A DNA stretch of 64,000 bases from a virus. Lineage: Duplodnaviria > Caudoviricetes. Positions within the stretch are counted from its first letter, which is position 1. Each line of letters opens with the position of its first letter. The notes under the pieces were generated by a model that did no database searches, was not told the DNA's origin, and saw nothing but the letters and a program-made list of their open reading frames with translations. Below are positions 38,901-47,484 of the stretch, piece after piece. The stretch lies in the IMG/VR virus record IMGVR_UViG_3300046460_000097. One strand, 5' to 3'. The translations under genes and the position numbers were made by a program.

Positions 38901-40428
38901 CTCTGTTCGTAAGTTCCGCAGTAAGGGCAAGGGTCGTAAGCAGAAACTCGACATTAACCCTGAAGCGGTGATTGTGAACATCCTCAAGGACACCTCGGTG
39001 AACTTGGTAGAGGAAGTTAACCCGATTCACCAATGTAAGGATCAGGAAGAGCTGACCTTCGGTGGTACGGGTGGTCGTAGTGGTATCACCGTCGTTAAGC
39101 GTGACCGTGTTCAGTTGGACAGTTACCGGGGCATTGTGTCTGAGGCGAACAAGGACAGCGGGCAAGTAGGTTTCGTTACCTACCTGACTTCTGACCCTCG
39201 CATCGAAGACTACCGGGGCAACATCAACCTCAAGGAGAAACCTTCCTTGACGGGTATTAACTCGGTAACGGGTAACTTGGCTTTTGGTATGTCTAAGGAC
39301 GACCCTAAGCGGGGGATGTTTACCAGCACACAGGCTAGCCAAGCGGTCAGCGCACAGAACTACAGCCCGAACATCAGTCGTACCGGTTATGACAACATCA
39401 TCGCACACCGTACTTCCGAGTTGTACAGTAAGGTGGCGAGCGATGACGGTAAGGTGACTCAGGTTACCGACGACATGCTGGAAGTGACGTATGCGGATGG
39501 GACTGTCGACAAATACCCTCTGGGTCTGGAGATCGGTGAGGCAAGCGGTGAGTACCACCGACACACTCGTATTACCGATATGAAAGTAGGCGACAAGTTC
39601 AAGAAGGGTGATGTCCTCGGCTTCGACAAGCAGTGGTTTACTCGGGATATCTTCTGCCCTGGTCAAGTTGCTTGGAACGCAGGTCGTATGGTTCGCATTG
39701 CGTTGGTAGAAGACCAAGATACCTACGAAGACTCCATCGCTATCTCGAAAGAGATCATGGAAGAATCGGTTACTCCTTTCATCAAGATTAAACGCTTTGC
39801 TGTTGATGTCGAGCAAGTCGTTAACTTCCGGGTGAAAGTAGGGGATCAAATCGACTACGACGCGATTTTATGCGAAATCGAAGACGACCACCAAGTCGGT
39901 GGCGGAGGTGATAATGAATTGGCCAGTGATGTTAACCGGCTAGGCATTAAGCAAGTCCGTTCCACTCACCACGGTGAAGTCGTTCAAATCGATGTAACCT
40001 ACAACTCTCCACTGGAGAAGATGTCCGAAGGTGTGCGCAAGTTCATTGTGGCTAACGACAAGCTGCGGAAACGCAAAGCCTCTATCGATAGCACCAAGTC
40101 AGAAACCGGTAGCGTGAGTAACAACCTCAACGTGAACAAACCGGTACTGGCTCCGGGCAAAGCACTCTTCGAGATCTACGTGGAGTCGATGGACCCAAGC
40201 ACCATCTCCGACAAATACGTCATCGGCAACCAGATGAAGGGTACTGTCGGCAGTGTGATCAAGAAGGCTTTGATGACACGCGACGGGCGCAAGATCGACG
40301 TGAAGGCTAGCTTTAAAGGTATGTTTAACCGGATGGTTCTTAGCCTTCGGGATAAACTGGCGTCTAACGAAGTGACTATCCAGATCACTCGGAAGTTCAT
40401 CGCTATTTACAGGGGTACCAATAAATGA
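35989..40428 (+). CDS. rpoB: Virion RNA polymerase beta subunit, N-terminal fragment (phiKZ gp178-like)
   Basis: 1479 aa; DDPKRGMFTSTQASQA, RTGYD, DTYEDSI.IS, GNQMKGTVG motifs. Confidence 0.9.
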   Translation: MQQPIELRGFLQSVAGLEWLDQPLGVACPLAAVTGSEALAQYAMFYKAFVQRKKQELVSPNFIGIGEIILPRASLVHYFPANPLEVGPTTSEAFISNYPDDVFVEFPTHFTPVIGSGRAVAIEVRKVIQGYRASHYTYNWTKDIGTVYNKDKVLIVKTYGLIDKMWVARPSMFINFERHYNRYSMLMDSINAEAVKGKRKQFFRIDLPLHLPSFSELLIDYDHYIESFKDGIPHASNKTVRLTKAESSYWLMDWMAYLFGDTEYSLFGKLTPEAIDSMHLIFAFNSRSLVLHLGTLKGWLDELLESKYAPKEGKGPESHRAGHPKRLNVSKRVYLALLNLTRGGISEGEVVKEEENVREGEEAEASGSVAAAAKGSEKGKGRASSEGGGGKVSGKIDTAPTVSGGGSILDVLDPVQRVDSGDAEGTGQEGDASDPESVEEWTSHVDDTLLEQESTVTETSTAKDPFPKLESGISAALEERARDGVLTVAEQQFFMRKGTQVYKIKMENGQTLAEFIEIDDKELKTLSSDAKIEGNFPTILDESMLVSRAKVLKQGYVDKFLHKDTARMVVSIQNAGFALNDFKHTIVSGVEGSYDVYGFQVHHVDGEQSTHQIRMPRVGKDGAFMVDGVKTHLQLQRMELVVRKIGKDKVALTTHYDRKLMISRSKKVVDDLGLWMVKQVLLKASVAANGITLSRGSGYNKDLVSPRIYSLFATKFQWIAKGDITLDFRIDKLLEEYPQFKKYTKQDMFLIGVKDKKPLTIDSYGNLYLDEKEFNTIEGLLDIHGAKTPSEYAVINISGYPFPMGVVLCYYFGIDELLKVIKAETRSVPMGTRPKLGPDEYSIQFNDEYLIFNRREKLTTLIFGGMPKLTNISNFSRSDLNNKGIWGPLMGDPKVRPQQFLEMKNLYDMFIDPISKDQLKRMGYSTSFHHLLIDATKLLETDYTRHGVEIEEQRVVGYERFAGHMYRELVSSVRKFRSKGKGRKQKLDINPEAVIVNILKDTSVNLVEEVNPIHQCKDQEELTFGGTGGRSGITVVKRDRVQLDSYRGIVSEANKDSGQVGFVTYLTSDPRIEDYRGNINLKEKPSLTGINSVTGNLAFGMSKDDPKRGMFTSTQASQAVSAQNYSPNISRTGYDNIIAHRTSELYSKVASDDGKVTQVTDDMLEVTYADGTVDKYPLGLEIGEASGEYHRHTRITDMKVGDKFKKGDVLGFDKQWFTRDIFCPGQVAWNAGRMVRIALVEDQDTYEDSIAISKEIMEESVTPFIKIKRFAVDVEQVVNFRVKVGDQIDYDAILCEIEDDHQVGGGGDNELASDVNRLGIKQVRSTHHGEVVQIDVTYNSPLEKMSEGVRKFIVANDKLRKRKASIDSTKSETGSVSNNLNVNKPVLAPGKALFEIYVESMDPSTISDKYVIGNQMKGTVGSVIKKALMTRDGRKIDVKASFKGMFNRMVLSLRDKLASNEVTIQITRKFIAIYRGTNK
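37055..37324 (+). CDS. Candidate overprinted single-TM membrane protein in +1 frame of RNAP beta
   Basis: 89 aa; AAAGGAGGAGG RBS before ATG; 20-residue hydrophobic stretch; host frame here is a low-complexity linker with atypical codons. Confidence 0.6.
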   Translation: MSEKEKRPKRLALWLQQRRDLRKEKDEHPAKEEGAKFLARLTLPQLFLVVALSLMFSILFKEWTAEMLKGPDKRETQAILRALRNGHPM

Positions 40429-41354
40429 ACTACAGTACCGTCAACGGTGTTAAAGACATCCAAGTCCTGTTAAAGGAAGCGGCTGTCTACACTGGCAAGA
40501 TTGACGGTGTCTGGGGTACTGGAACTCGGGATGCAGTCTTGAAGTTATTTCATGGCTGCCGTCTCCCGACTGCCGGGGGTCAAACGACCCTCGTTTCCAT
40601 CTCCGCAGGCTCCGACTTCGCTGGTGCTAAAGATGGCATCATGGGCATTCAGAGCAATCTGAAGTTGTTCCAATTGTACACCGGTGCCGTCGATGGCTTG
40701 ATGGGTCCCGGTACGTTCAAAGGTTTCTATGCTGCATTCGTCGCTTATCGTAAAGCGAACAAGCTGCCGGTCTATGACCTCGGCTGGAGCAAACGGGTGC
40801 CGGGCATCTTCACTCAACGTGTCAAGCAGTGGTGTGATGCCAAGGGTTACTGGGCAAACGCTGCACACGGTCTCATGGGCTGCATGAGCTTCGAGTCCGG
40901 TAACACCTTCAGTCCTTCCAAGCAGAACAACGGTGGGGCCAAGTACTTTGGTCTGATCCAGTTCGGCGATGCGGCTTGCCAAGATCTGGCCAAGTTCCTG
41001 AAAGACCCAAGCATCACTCTGGAAGCTGTTAAGGCTATGTCCCAGATGGATCAGCTGGAGTTGGTCTTCAAGTACTTCGCCATGTGGGAAAGCCGTGGCA
41101 AGGTTTACAAGCGCATGGAAGACTTCTACCTGACGATCTTCTACCCTGCCGCTGTTGGCAAGGCTCCGGATGAGGTGTTGTTCACCAAGAATTCCGCTGT
41201 TCCAATCATCGCCAAGTCGTACCTGCAAAACAACGGGTTCGATCTGGACAAAGATGGCGCCATTACTGTTGGCGAAATCTGTACACGTGTTTCCCAAGCT
41301 TACTACGACGGTCTGGATCCGGCTAACCGGAATATCCTGTCGGTCGCCGCCTAA
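40425..41354 (+). CDS. Modular endolysin (two peptidoglycan-binding repeats plus lysozyme/transglycosylase-like domain)
   Basis: 309 aa; Y.GKIDGVWG.GT and YTGAVDGLMGPGT PG-binding motifs; catalytic MSFES...YFGLIQF; ATGA overlap with beta gene. Confidence 0.85.
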   Translation: MNYSTVNGVKDIQVLLKEAAVYTGKIDGVWGTGTRDAVLKLFHGCRLPTAGGQTTLVSISAGSDFAGAKDGIMGIQSNLKLFQLYTGAVDGLMGPGTFKGFYAAFVAYRKANKLPVYDLGWSKRVPGIFTQRVKQWCDAKGYWANAAHGLMGCMSFESGNTFSPSKQNNGGAKYFGLIQFGDAACQDLAKFLKDPSITLEAVKAMSQMDQLELVFKYFAMWESRGKVYKRMEDFYLTIFYPAAVGKAPDEVLFTKNSAVPIIAKSYLQNNGFDLDKDGAITVGEICTRVSQAYYDGLDPANRNILSVAA

Positions 41355-41384
41355 TCCAACCACCCCTTTAAAGGAGATCAGTCG

Positions 41385-41558
41385 ATGACTGACAAAGCTT
41401 TGATTGACAAAATCATCACTGTGGCTAACGTCACAGAGTTGGTAAAGAAGACCGTCGCCAAACTGGGCCTGGAATTCATCGCACCCCTGGACGAATCGAT
41501 CCAGGATGAAAAGATCAGCAAGGCCATCGTGGCTCGCACTAAAGGGACTTCGAAATGA
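41385..41558 (+). CDS. Small hypothetical protein (57 aa, below ORF track cutoff)
   Basis: AAGGAG RBS, MTDKALIDKIITVANVTELVKKTVAKLGLEF...; ATGA overlap with 41555. Confidence 0.75.
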   Translation: MTDKALIDKIITVANVTELVKKTVAKLGLEFIAPLDESIQDEKISKAIVARTKGTSK

Positions 41559-43081
41559 TTCGTGAATCGAGCATTGCTCTGGGCGAGCTGATTGCAGTTA
41601 CCGGTGCCTCCATCGTTCCGACGACCATCATCGAAGGTCTGAACGGCGAATCCATCGGCGCCATGGCGTACACCGACGATTTCCGTAAAGAGATCGTTGC
41701 TACCACTTCCAACGGTATGCACACCGAAACCCTGGAAGCTGCAAGTGATCGTCTGGCCGAGATCATCCGCAACTCCATGAACAACATCCGCGACTACGGC
41801 GTTCCGCTGGCGTCCAAGATTGTTAACGCCACCAACCTGCTGTACTCGAAGGGCCGTCTGGAAAGTCTGACGACCGACATGTTCCGCGTCAGCTTCATCA
41901 ACATCGACGATCCGTTCTTCAAGTCGGCGCTGTACCCTGCTGAAGTCCGCGACAAGTCTCTGTCGTATACCTCGGTTGATCTGCGCGGTCTGGAACGTCT
42001 GCAATTCGAATGGCCGGAAGACTCGACTGTTCTGAAGTTCATCGACTCCTCGCATCCTGACATGGTAGAGATCATCTCCAGCCAGGACGAGTCCCTGAAC
42101 AACGCAGCTTCCTTCCTCAGCAACATCAACGAACTGGGTAACCTGTTCGAAAACAAGGACGGTGTGTTCGACTTCTCCAAGGTCAAGACCCTACGGGTTA
42201 ACCTGCTGCTGAAGATGTACGTCCTGTTGACCAAGATGTACGCGAAAGAAGATCCAGTGCCTTGGCTCAAGGTTGGTGATCTGGCTACCTACCGTTCCTT
42301 CGTCAACCTGATGTGGAACGGCATGACCCTGTACCTCATCCACCTGAAGGCCGTAGTTGAAAGCTACAAGGCTCGCAAGCTGGTGCTGGTGCAAGAGAAG
42401 CCGGTGCGTCTAACCGACCATCCGAACAGCAACTTCAAGGACACCCGCTTCATGTCCGGCGAAGTGCGTGCGTACTACACCAACGACATGTTGGATCGCA
42501 TCGACGCTGCTCACGTGAGCTTCGGCGAAATGATCAAGGGTTACTTCTGGGCGAACCTGACCGGCGGTAGTCTGCAACTGCAATCGGTGATCGACAACCC
42601 ATCGCTGGGTGCTGGTCAGGCCAAAGAGTACTACGCTTCGATCCATGAGCGTCTGACTCTGCAATCGACCAAGCTGTTTGTGGCTGGCGGCTTGAAGGCC
42701 ATCGGTGAGTTCATCGCTGAAACCCCTGCACTGGCTGCACGTGTTGGCGAGCTGCGTAAGAACAGCACCGACATGATGTCGACCTGGCTCCAGAAGAACT
42801 TCTACAGCGAGCTGGAAAAAGCCCATTACGTTATTGCCGACAAACTCGGTGACGGTGAAATGGCAATCGCTGAAGGCGAAGAAGATCCTCGTCTGGCAGT
42901 TGTGTTGTCTACTCCGCTGGTGCCTGTGTTCCTGCGTGCTTGCGGTGCTCAGATGGCGGCCGACATCATCGAAGACACCTTCATCACCACTGCTGACTGT
43001 GACAACATCGCAGACAAGCGTGAGCGCCTGCACGTGTCGGTGATCAACCTGATCGTCTCTCGTTCTTTGGATAAGGCATAA
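41555..43081 (+). CDS. Head/ejection protein (phiKZ gp177-like by synteny)
   Basis: 508 aa, strongly biased codons, between beta and the protease module. Confidence 0.6.
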   Translation: MIRESSIALGELIAVTGASIVPTTIIEGLNGESIGAMAYTDDFRKEIVATTSNGMHTETLEAASDRLAEIIRNSMNNIRDYGVPLASKIVNATNLLYSKGRLESLTTDMFRVSFINIDDPFFKSALYPAEVRDKSLSYTSVDLRGLERLQFEWPEDSTVLKFIDSSHPDMVEIISSQDESLNNAASFLSNINELGNLFENKDGVFDFSKVKTLRVNLLLKMYVLLTKMYAKEDPVPWLKVGDLATYRSFVNLMWNGMTLYLIHLKAVVESYKARKLVLVQEKPVRLTDHPNSNFKDTRFMSGEVRAYYTNDMLDRIDAAHVSFGEMIKGYFWANLTGGSLQLQSVIDNPSLGAGQAKEYYASIHERLTLQSTKLFVAGGLKAIGEFIAETPALAARVGELRKNSTDMMSTWLQKNFYSELEKAHYVIADKLGDGEMAIAEGEEDPRLAVVLSTPLVPVFLRACGAQMAADIIEDTFITTADCDNIADKRERLHVSVINLIVSRSLDKA

Positions 43082-43087
43082 CTCGGC

Positions 43088-43816
43088 ATGGATGTTGAGA
43101 ATCTCAAGCACGATCCGTCGATAGGCGACAAACTGTTCGACGAGTTGGAAGATGGTTCTGTTGTTGCTAAGCGGGACTTTGAAATCCATCTCCCTAAACG
43201 TTTTGTAGACAATGGAATGGCTACCGTTGAGGAGACAGTGTCGACAGTGGCTGTGCTGGGGTTGGTAATACCGGGGGAGTCCTACGCTTCCCTGGTAGCA
43301 CTAATGGACATCACCCTAGTGCCGCTCAGTATCCGTGAAGTGGGTATTAAAGGGGTTCAGTATCTGGTTCTGGAATTCACCAAAGGCGACACGGTGATTG
43401 AGAACCGCAAAGTGATTCAGGACCCGAACAAGCCCTATGCGTTTTACATGGAGTTCCTCTACTACGCCAAGTTACCTTGGTATGTTGACGAAGACATTCT
43501 GTCGGCCTTGTTTGACAACGCCAGGAATGAAAGCGGCGCTGATGTGGGTAGTAGTCCCCAGGTAATGCGAATATTCACTTCGCTGATGTTTCGTGATCCA
43601 GACAATCTGGAAAAACCGTACCGGGGAAGTAAGGCAATGTTAGAAGGGAGACCTCCAGTAGTTGTGGGTCTCAACAACAGCGGTCTTTTGATTGATGGTA
43701 CCTTCCCGAAACTGGGTGGTGGCTATATGAAAGATAACACCTTGGCCGCTATTGTGAACCCTGATACCAAAGTCACTGACTTGGAGAAAGTAATCAAAGG
43801 GGTCCCAACAACATGA
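43088..43816 (+). CDS. Probable virion RNAP beta' middle subunit (phiKZ gp176/SPN3US gp244-like)
   Basis: 242 aa, directly upstream of prohead protease as in recalled phiKZ/SPN3US gene order; no motif checked independently. Confidence 0.55.
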   Translation: MDVENLKHDPSIGDKLFDELEDGSVVAKRDFEIHLPKRFVDNGMATVEETVSTVAVLGLVIPGESYASLVALMDITLVPLSIREVGIKGVQYLVLEFTKGDTVIENRKVIQDPNKPYAFYMEFLYYAKLPWYVDEDILSALFDNARNESGADVGSSPQVMRIFTSLMFRDPDNLEKPYRGSKAMLEGRPPVVVGLNNSGLLIDGTFPKLGGGYMKDNTLAAIVNPDTKVTDLEKVIKGVPTT

Positions 43817-44667
43817 CGAAGATCATTACCTTCGGCAACACGATTCTCGAGGGCAGCGGTAAAAAGGGGATCTTGAAACCAATGGATCCGGGTGGTGCTT
43901 ACTACTTGGTAAACGCCGGTGGTTTCAACATTCCCAATCGGGCAGGTATCGTTTACGGTTTCAACGATTACCTGAAAGAATGTATGCGGGAAGACAGCGA
44001 CCTTAACCGTCGTGTGTCTGAAGGGCAGGTTCAGTGTGAACTCGGTCACCCACCGCAGTACTTCTGGGAAAACGTTGGTGGTCGTATCGTGCAAACGCCG
44101 ATCACTGACATCTACCAGTGGATCCACCGTCTGCGTACGGTAATGGAACCAAACGTGTGTGGCGCTATCCGGAAGATCCATTGGGTCATGACGGGTGGCG
44201 ATAAGGATCCGATCTACAACCAGATCGAAGTTCGTCCGTTCGGCGTGCATGGTCACATCATGCAAGCCAGCCTCGAAGATCCTGACATGAACACTGCGTT
44301 CAGTATCCGTACTGTAACCAAACCGCAGAAAATGGGGGAGCGTAACCGTGAGGTAGATTACTTCTCGACTTACGATATGGTGATTGAGCAAGGTATGCTG
44401 CATGCCTGCAAACACCGTACCGCGGGTCTGGAAGACTTCATGTCCTCCGCGTTGGTGGATTCGACCCCAGCGGAAGTGTCGACTACTGTCGATGAGTTCT
44501 TCTTCCTGTGCGATAAGCACATGGGTAGCGACGCTGCAATGGCTCGCTTTGCTGGCAACGAAAGCTTCGATCGTGTCAAGGCCATGGTCAATGACTTGAA
44601 GAAGCGCTACACCCAGGACAAACCAATTAAACTGGTGCGTTCGAGCTCGCTGTCGGTGTTCATGTAA
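43813..44667 (+). CDS. Prohead serine protease (phiKZ gp175-like)
   Basis: 284 aa; ELGHP (catalytic His), NTAFSIRT (Ser), YDMVIEQG; possible self-cleavage site AGLE near C-terminus. Confidence 0.88.
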   Translation: MTKIITFGNTILEGSGKKGILKPMDPGGAYYLVNAGGFNIPNRAGIVYGFNDYLKECMREDSDLNRRVSEGQVQCELGHPPQYFWENVGGRIVQTPITDIYQWIHRLRTVMEPNVCGAIRKIHWVMTGGDKDPIYNQIEVRPFGVHGHIMQASLEDPDMNTAFSIRTVTKPQKMGERNREVDYFSTYDMVIEQGMLHACKHRTAGLEDFMSSALVDSTPAEVSTTVDEFFFLCDKHMGSDAAMARFAGNESFDRVKAMVNDLKKRYTQDKPIKLVRSSSLSVFM

Positions 44668-44677
44668 ACAACATTCT

Positions 44678-44709
44678 CTAGGGTCAAGGGCTTCGGCTCT
44701 TGGCTCTAG
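44678..44709 (+). terminator. Stem-loop terminator
   Basis: CTAGGGTCAAGGGC-TTCG-GCTCTTGGCTCTAG. Confidence 0.65.
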
Positions 44710-44791
44710 GGCTATGTTTATATTTTTCAACAGTGGTCGCATACCTATAGCCTAACGGGGCGCACACAATTTTTAAATGAGGAATGATGTA

Positions 44792-45742
44792 ATGGATGAT
44801 AAAACTCAAGCTGCAACCCAGATGCTGGAACAACTGTCCTTCGTAAACGTTCTCCGCGACACTCTGGGTTCTGCGAAGGTTATCGCCGCACTCCGCGACA
44901 CCTCCAACAAAGAGTGGGACAACTGCAAAGACGCCAACACCGGTGATCACCTGATCAAAGGTATCTTCCAGAGCACCCAGAAGGGCGACGCAGTACGTAT
45001 CTACATCGCCAAGGTCATGGCACAGTACATGCGCTCGGTCGGTGCACGCGCTAACGCATGGACCAAGAACACCATCGCCGCCGAGAACTTCACCAACACT
45101 TCCATCAGCAACCGTATCTCGGCCGCTGAGTTCCAAGAAGCTGACGAGCTGTTCAAGATCGTCGCTACTCGCCTGATCGGTTTCGACGACGGCGTGATTG
45201 ACTTCGTTGTTGCCAAGACCCCTAAGGCCAAGGCAGAGGCGCTGGTGGTTTATCTGGCCTCTCGTTTCGATCTGGCTGAAAGTCCTGAAAAGGCTGCCGA
45301 GCATTACGCCGGTATCATCGACCTGTTCTCCGTCAAGTTCGAAAAAGACGGTTTCGATGAGCTGTACTTCCTGAAGACCGTCGGTCAAGTTATCAACTAC
45401 TACAGCTACAGTGTTGGCGAAGAGCTGAAACTGACCAACCCTTTCGACGTGCTGGAAATGCTGGAGAGCGAAGCCGACTACGGCAACATCGGTGAGATGG
45501 GTACTGTGCTGGCTGGTGGTCCTATCGAAGTCATCATCGACAAGGATGACCCGGATCCACAGGTTACCATCGATCACGTGCGGGCGCAGTGGGCGAATCT
45601 CGACGTGCGTGTTGTAATGCCAGACGGTAACGTGGTTGAGTTCAAGAAAGACGGCAGTGTAGTGGCCAATGCTCAAGGTCCGGTGGAAGTTGTTGCAGGT
45701 GCTGATGAAGGCAATCAGATCCGTAGCACTCTGATCGGCTAA
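44792..45742 (+). CDS. Hypothetical protein (highly expressed codon usage)
   Basis: ATG 44792 with GAGGA RBS; 316 aa. Confidence 0.8.
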   Translation: MDDKTQAATQMLEQLSFVNVLRDTLGSAKVIAALRDTSNKEWDNCKDANTGDHLIKGIFQSTQKGDAVRIYIAKVMAQYMRSVGARANAWTKNTIAAENFTNTSISNRISAAEFQEADELFKIVATRLIGFDDGVIDFVVAKTPKAKAEALVVYLASRFDLAESPEKAAEHYAGIIDLFSVKFEKDGFDELYFLKTVGQVINYYSYSVGEELKLTNPFDVLEMLESEADYGNIGEMGTVLAGGPIEVIIDKDDPDPQVTIDHVRAQWANLDVRVVMPDGNVVEFKKDGSVVANAQGPVEVVAGADEGNQIRSTLIG

Positions 45743-45765
45743 CAAGCGTAAAAAGATTTCAGGTC

Positions 45766-45773
45766 TATATTAC
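45766..45773 (+). promoter_or_regulatory. phiKZ-type early promoter (TATATTAC)
   Basis: TTTCAGGTCTATATTAC, 17 nt identical to the 51731 promoter. Confidence 0.8.
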
Positions 45774-45867
45774 TTAGGGGAAGAGACAGACTAACGTCTG
45801 GGGGAACGTGACTAACACCTTCTCTTTCTCTCCCCCTTTCCTAATGGCACCCAAGAGGTTTTTTACA

Positions 45868-46308
45868 ATGAGCTTGAACAACTCTTACACCGATTTCATG
45901 AACGCTGGCGTTAAGTCTCTGGTCGATAACAGCAACTACGACAAGGCGACCAACCACGTTACTTTCGATGCGTCGAAGTTGGAACTGCCAGAAGGTGTTA
46001 CTGCGGAATCGATGCAGTCCCACGTCAGCGTGATCAACCAACTGTCCGCCCAAGCTGAAACGGCCGTAGCTGAAATCGCCCGTACTCAGTTCGCTGACAA
46101 CAACAAGTTGACCACTGTTGACGGCACCCTGGACTTCGGCGGCTTCACCGTTAACTCCCAGCACCACCTACAACAGCAAGTCGGCGACGACTTCCTGTGG
46201 GGCATCAGCAGCACCGCTATCGACTACGTTCACAGCGAAGAGCAAACCAGCTGGTTGACTGAGCAGCGCGACGCAAGCGCCGATCTGGCCGCTAAACTGT
46301 TCGGTTAA
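45868..46308 (+). CDS. Conserved hypothetical early protein
   Basis: ATG 45868 with GAGG RBS; 146 aa. Confidence 0.8.
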   Translation: MSLNNSYTDFMNAGVKSLVDNSNYDKATNHVTFDASKLELPEGVTAESMQSHVSVINQLSAQAETAVAEIARTQFADNNKLTTVDGTLDFGGFTVNSQHHLQQQVGDDFLWGISSTAIDYVHSEEQTSWLTEQRDASADLAAKLFG

Positions 46309-46341
46309 TTTACAAAGCAATATTAAACAGGAGTGGCCCGT

Positions 46342-46671
46342 ATGCCATATGTAGAAGTTATCCACAAAGTGCCAGAAGAAGTGACTTTCCTCACAAAGAA
46401 GATCGCCACAAGTATCTGGCGCAATGCTGATAAAGCTACCGTGTTTCACGTAGGTGACTTTCACGTTGTTGTTAAAGGTTCAGGTGTTGGACACACCATT
46501 TCGATTTATGACTTCAATACGTCGGAAAGACCAATGGCCTCTTGTATGACGTTTATCCGTTACGTTTATACTTACGCCAGCAAGGGGTTCCTGGAAAAAC
46601 GTCTCACTATTGACGTTATCCTCGATACACTCAGGCGACTTTCTGAGTTGACTCAATCGGACGCGATCTGA
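46342..46671 (+). CDS. Hypothetical protein, member of local paralog family
   Basis: AGGAG RBS; 109 aa; VGDFHVVVK...ISIYDF. Confidence 0.75.
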   Translation: MPYVEVIHKVPEEVTFLTKKIATSIWRNADKATVFHVGDFHVVVKGSGVGHTISIYDFNTSERPMASCMTFIRYVYTYASKGFLEKRLTIDVILDTLRRLSELTQSDAI

Positions 46672-46697
46672 CAATCTGAAAATACCTTAGGAATAAT

Positions 46698-46727
46698 GGA
46701 TGACTGAGGAGCAATCCTTGGTCATCC
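46698..46727 (+). terminator. Stem-loop with GCAA tetraloop
   Basis: GGATGACTGAGGA-GCAA-TCCTTGGTCATCC. Confidence 0.55.
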
Positions 46728-46743
46728 CTATGAGGATCTCGTT

Positions 46744-47088
46744 ATGCCTGTTATTTTGGAAGATGGTAAATACGCTGGTTACGACGCAGTTGAATTACGC
46801 GCTGCTGTTAAGACGTTTAATGACCTGATGACGGAACGTAACAAACCGTTCGCTGTGATCAAGATCGAAGATGGTCAACCGGATGGCGGGCGTTTCCAGA
46901 TCGAGCGTACTGTTGAGCACGTGTTGATCTATCGTGTTCTTCCTGTTGGTCTGTTGTACATTGCCAAGATGAGTATCGACGGCACCGAGGAAATCTACGG
47001 TGACGATCAGACCATCGGCGAAGCATTCGCTGTAGATATTTTGAACGATGTGATTCTGAACATCGACAAGGTAGCCACAGCAGGTTGA
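46744..47088 (+). CDS. Hypothetical protein
   Basis: 114 aa, GAGGA RBS. Confidence 0.75.
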   Translation: MPVILEDGKYAGYDAVELRAAVKTFNDLMTERNKPFAVIKIEDGQPDGGRFQIERTVEHVLIYRVLPVGLLYIAKMSIDGTEEIYGDDQTIGEAFAVDILNDVILNIDKVATAG

Positions 47089-47092
47089 TTGT

Positions 47093-47118
47093 GGGGCTAA
47101 GGAGAAATCCTTAGCTTC
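47093..47118 (+). terminator. Intrinsic terminator
   Basis: GGGGCTAAGGA-GAAA-TCCTTAGCTTC then T-rich. Confidence 0.65.
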
Positions 47119-47154
47119 GCTTTATAGCGCATTTTCATTTTTCGTCGGTGCCCT

Positions 47155-47484
47155 ATGTCCATCGTTATTCAAATTGACAACCTCTTTAAGCGGATGGCTG
47201 ACGCCGGCGTAGTCAATATACCAAAGCGCCAGTATGCAGTACGTCACGGAACGGAAGATTTTAAAGTTCTCTTTGACAGTAAGTTAAAGAGAGCGGGTAT
47301 CTGGATGAAGACAGATCACATCGATAAACCCGGTAAAGAGGTCTATATACAGGTCGCCAGGTTTTATCCGCGTTGTACGTCTTGGACAGGTACTCCTCGT
47401 ACAGATATGTGGATGAACAAATTTGTAGCCGTCTTAGAAGCGGCTGAAGCGATTATTGTGAAGGAGCATCAAGATGGAAAGTGA
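47155..47484 (+). CDS. Hypothetical protein
   Basis: 109 aa; overlaps next start. Confidence 0.7.
   Translation: MSIVIQIDNLFKRMADAGVVNIPKRQYAVRHGTEDFKVLFDSKLKRAGIWMKTDHIDKPGKEVYIQVARFYPRCTSWTGTPRTDMWMNKFVAVLEAAEAIIVKEHQDGK

Noticed and set aside
34365-40428. Group I introns or HNH genes in the RNAP genes, as known in some phiKZ relatives
   Set aside because: Both genes are continuous ORFs separated by 4 bp; no intron or HNH seen
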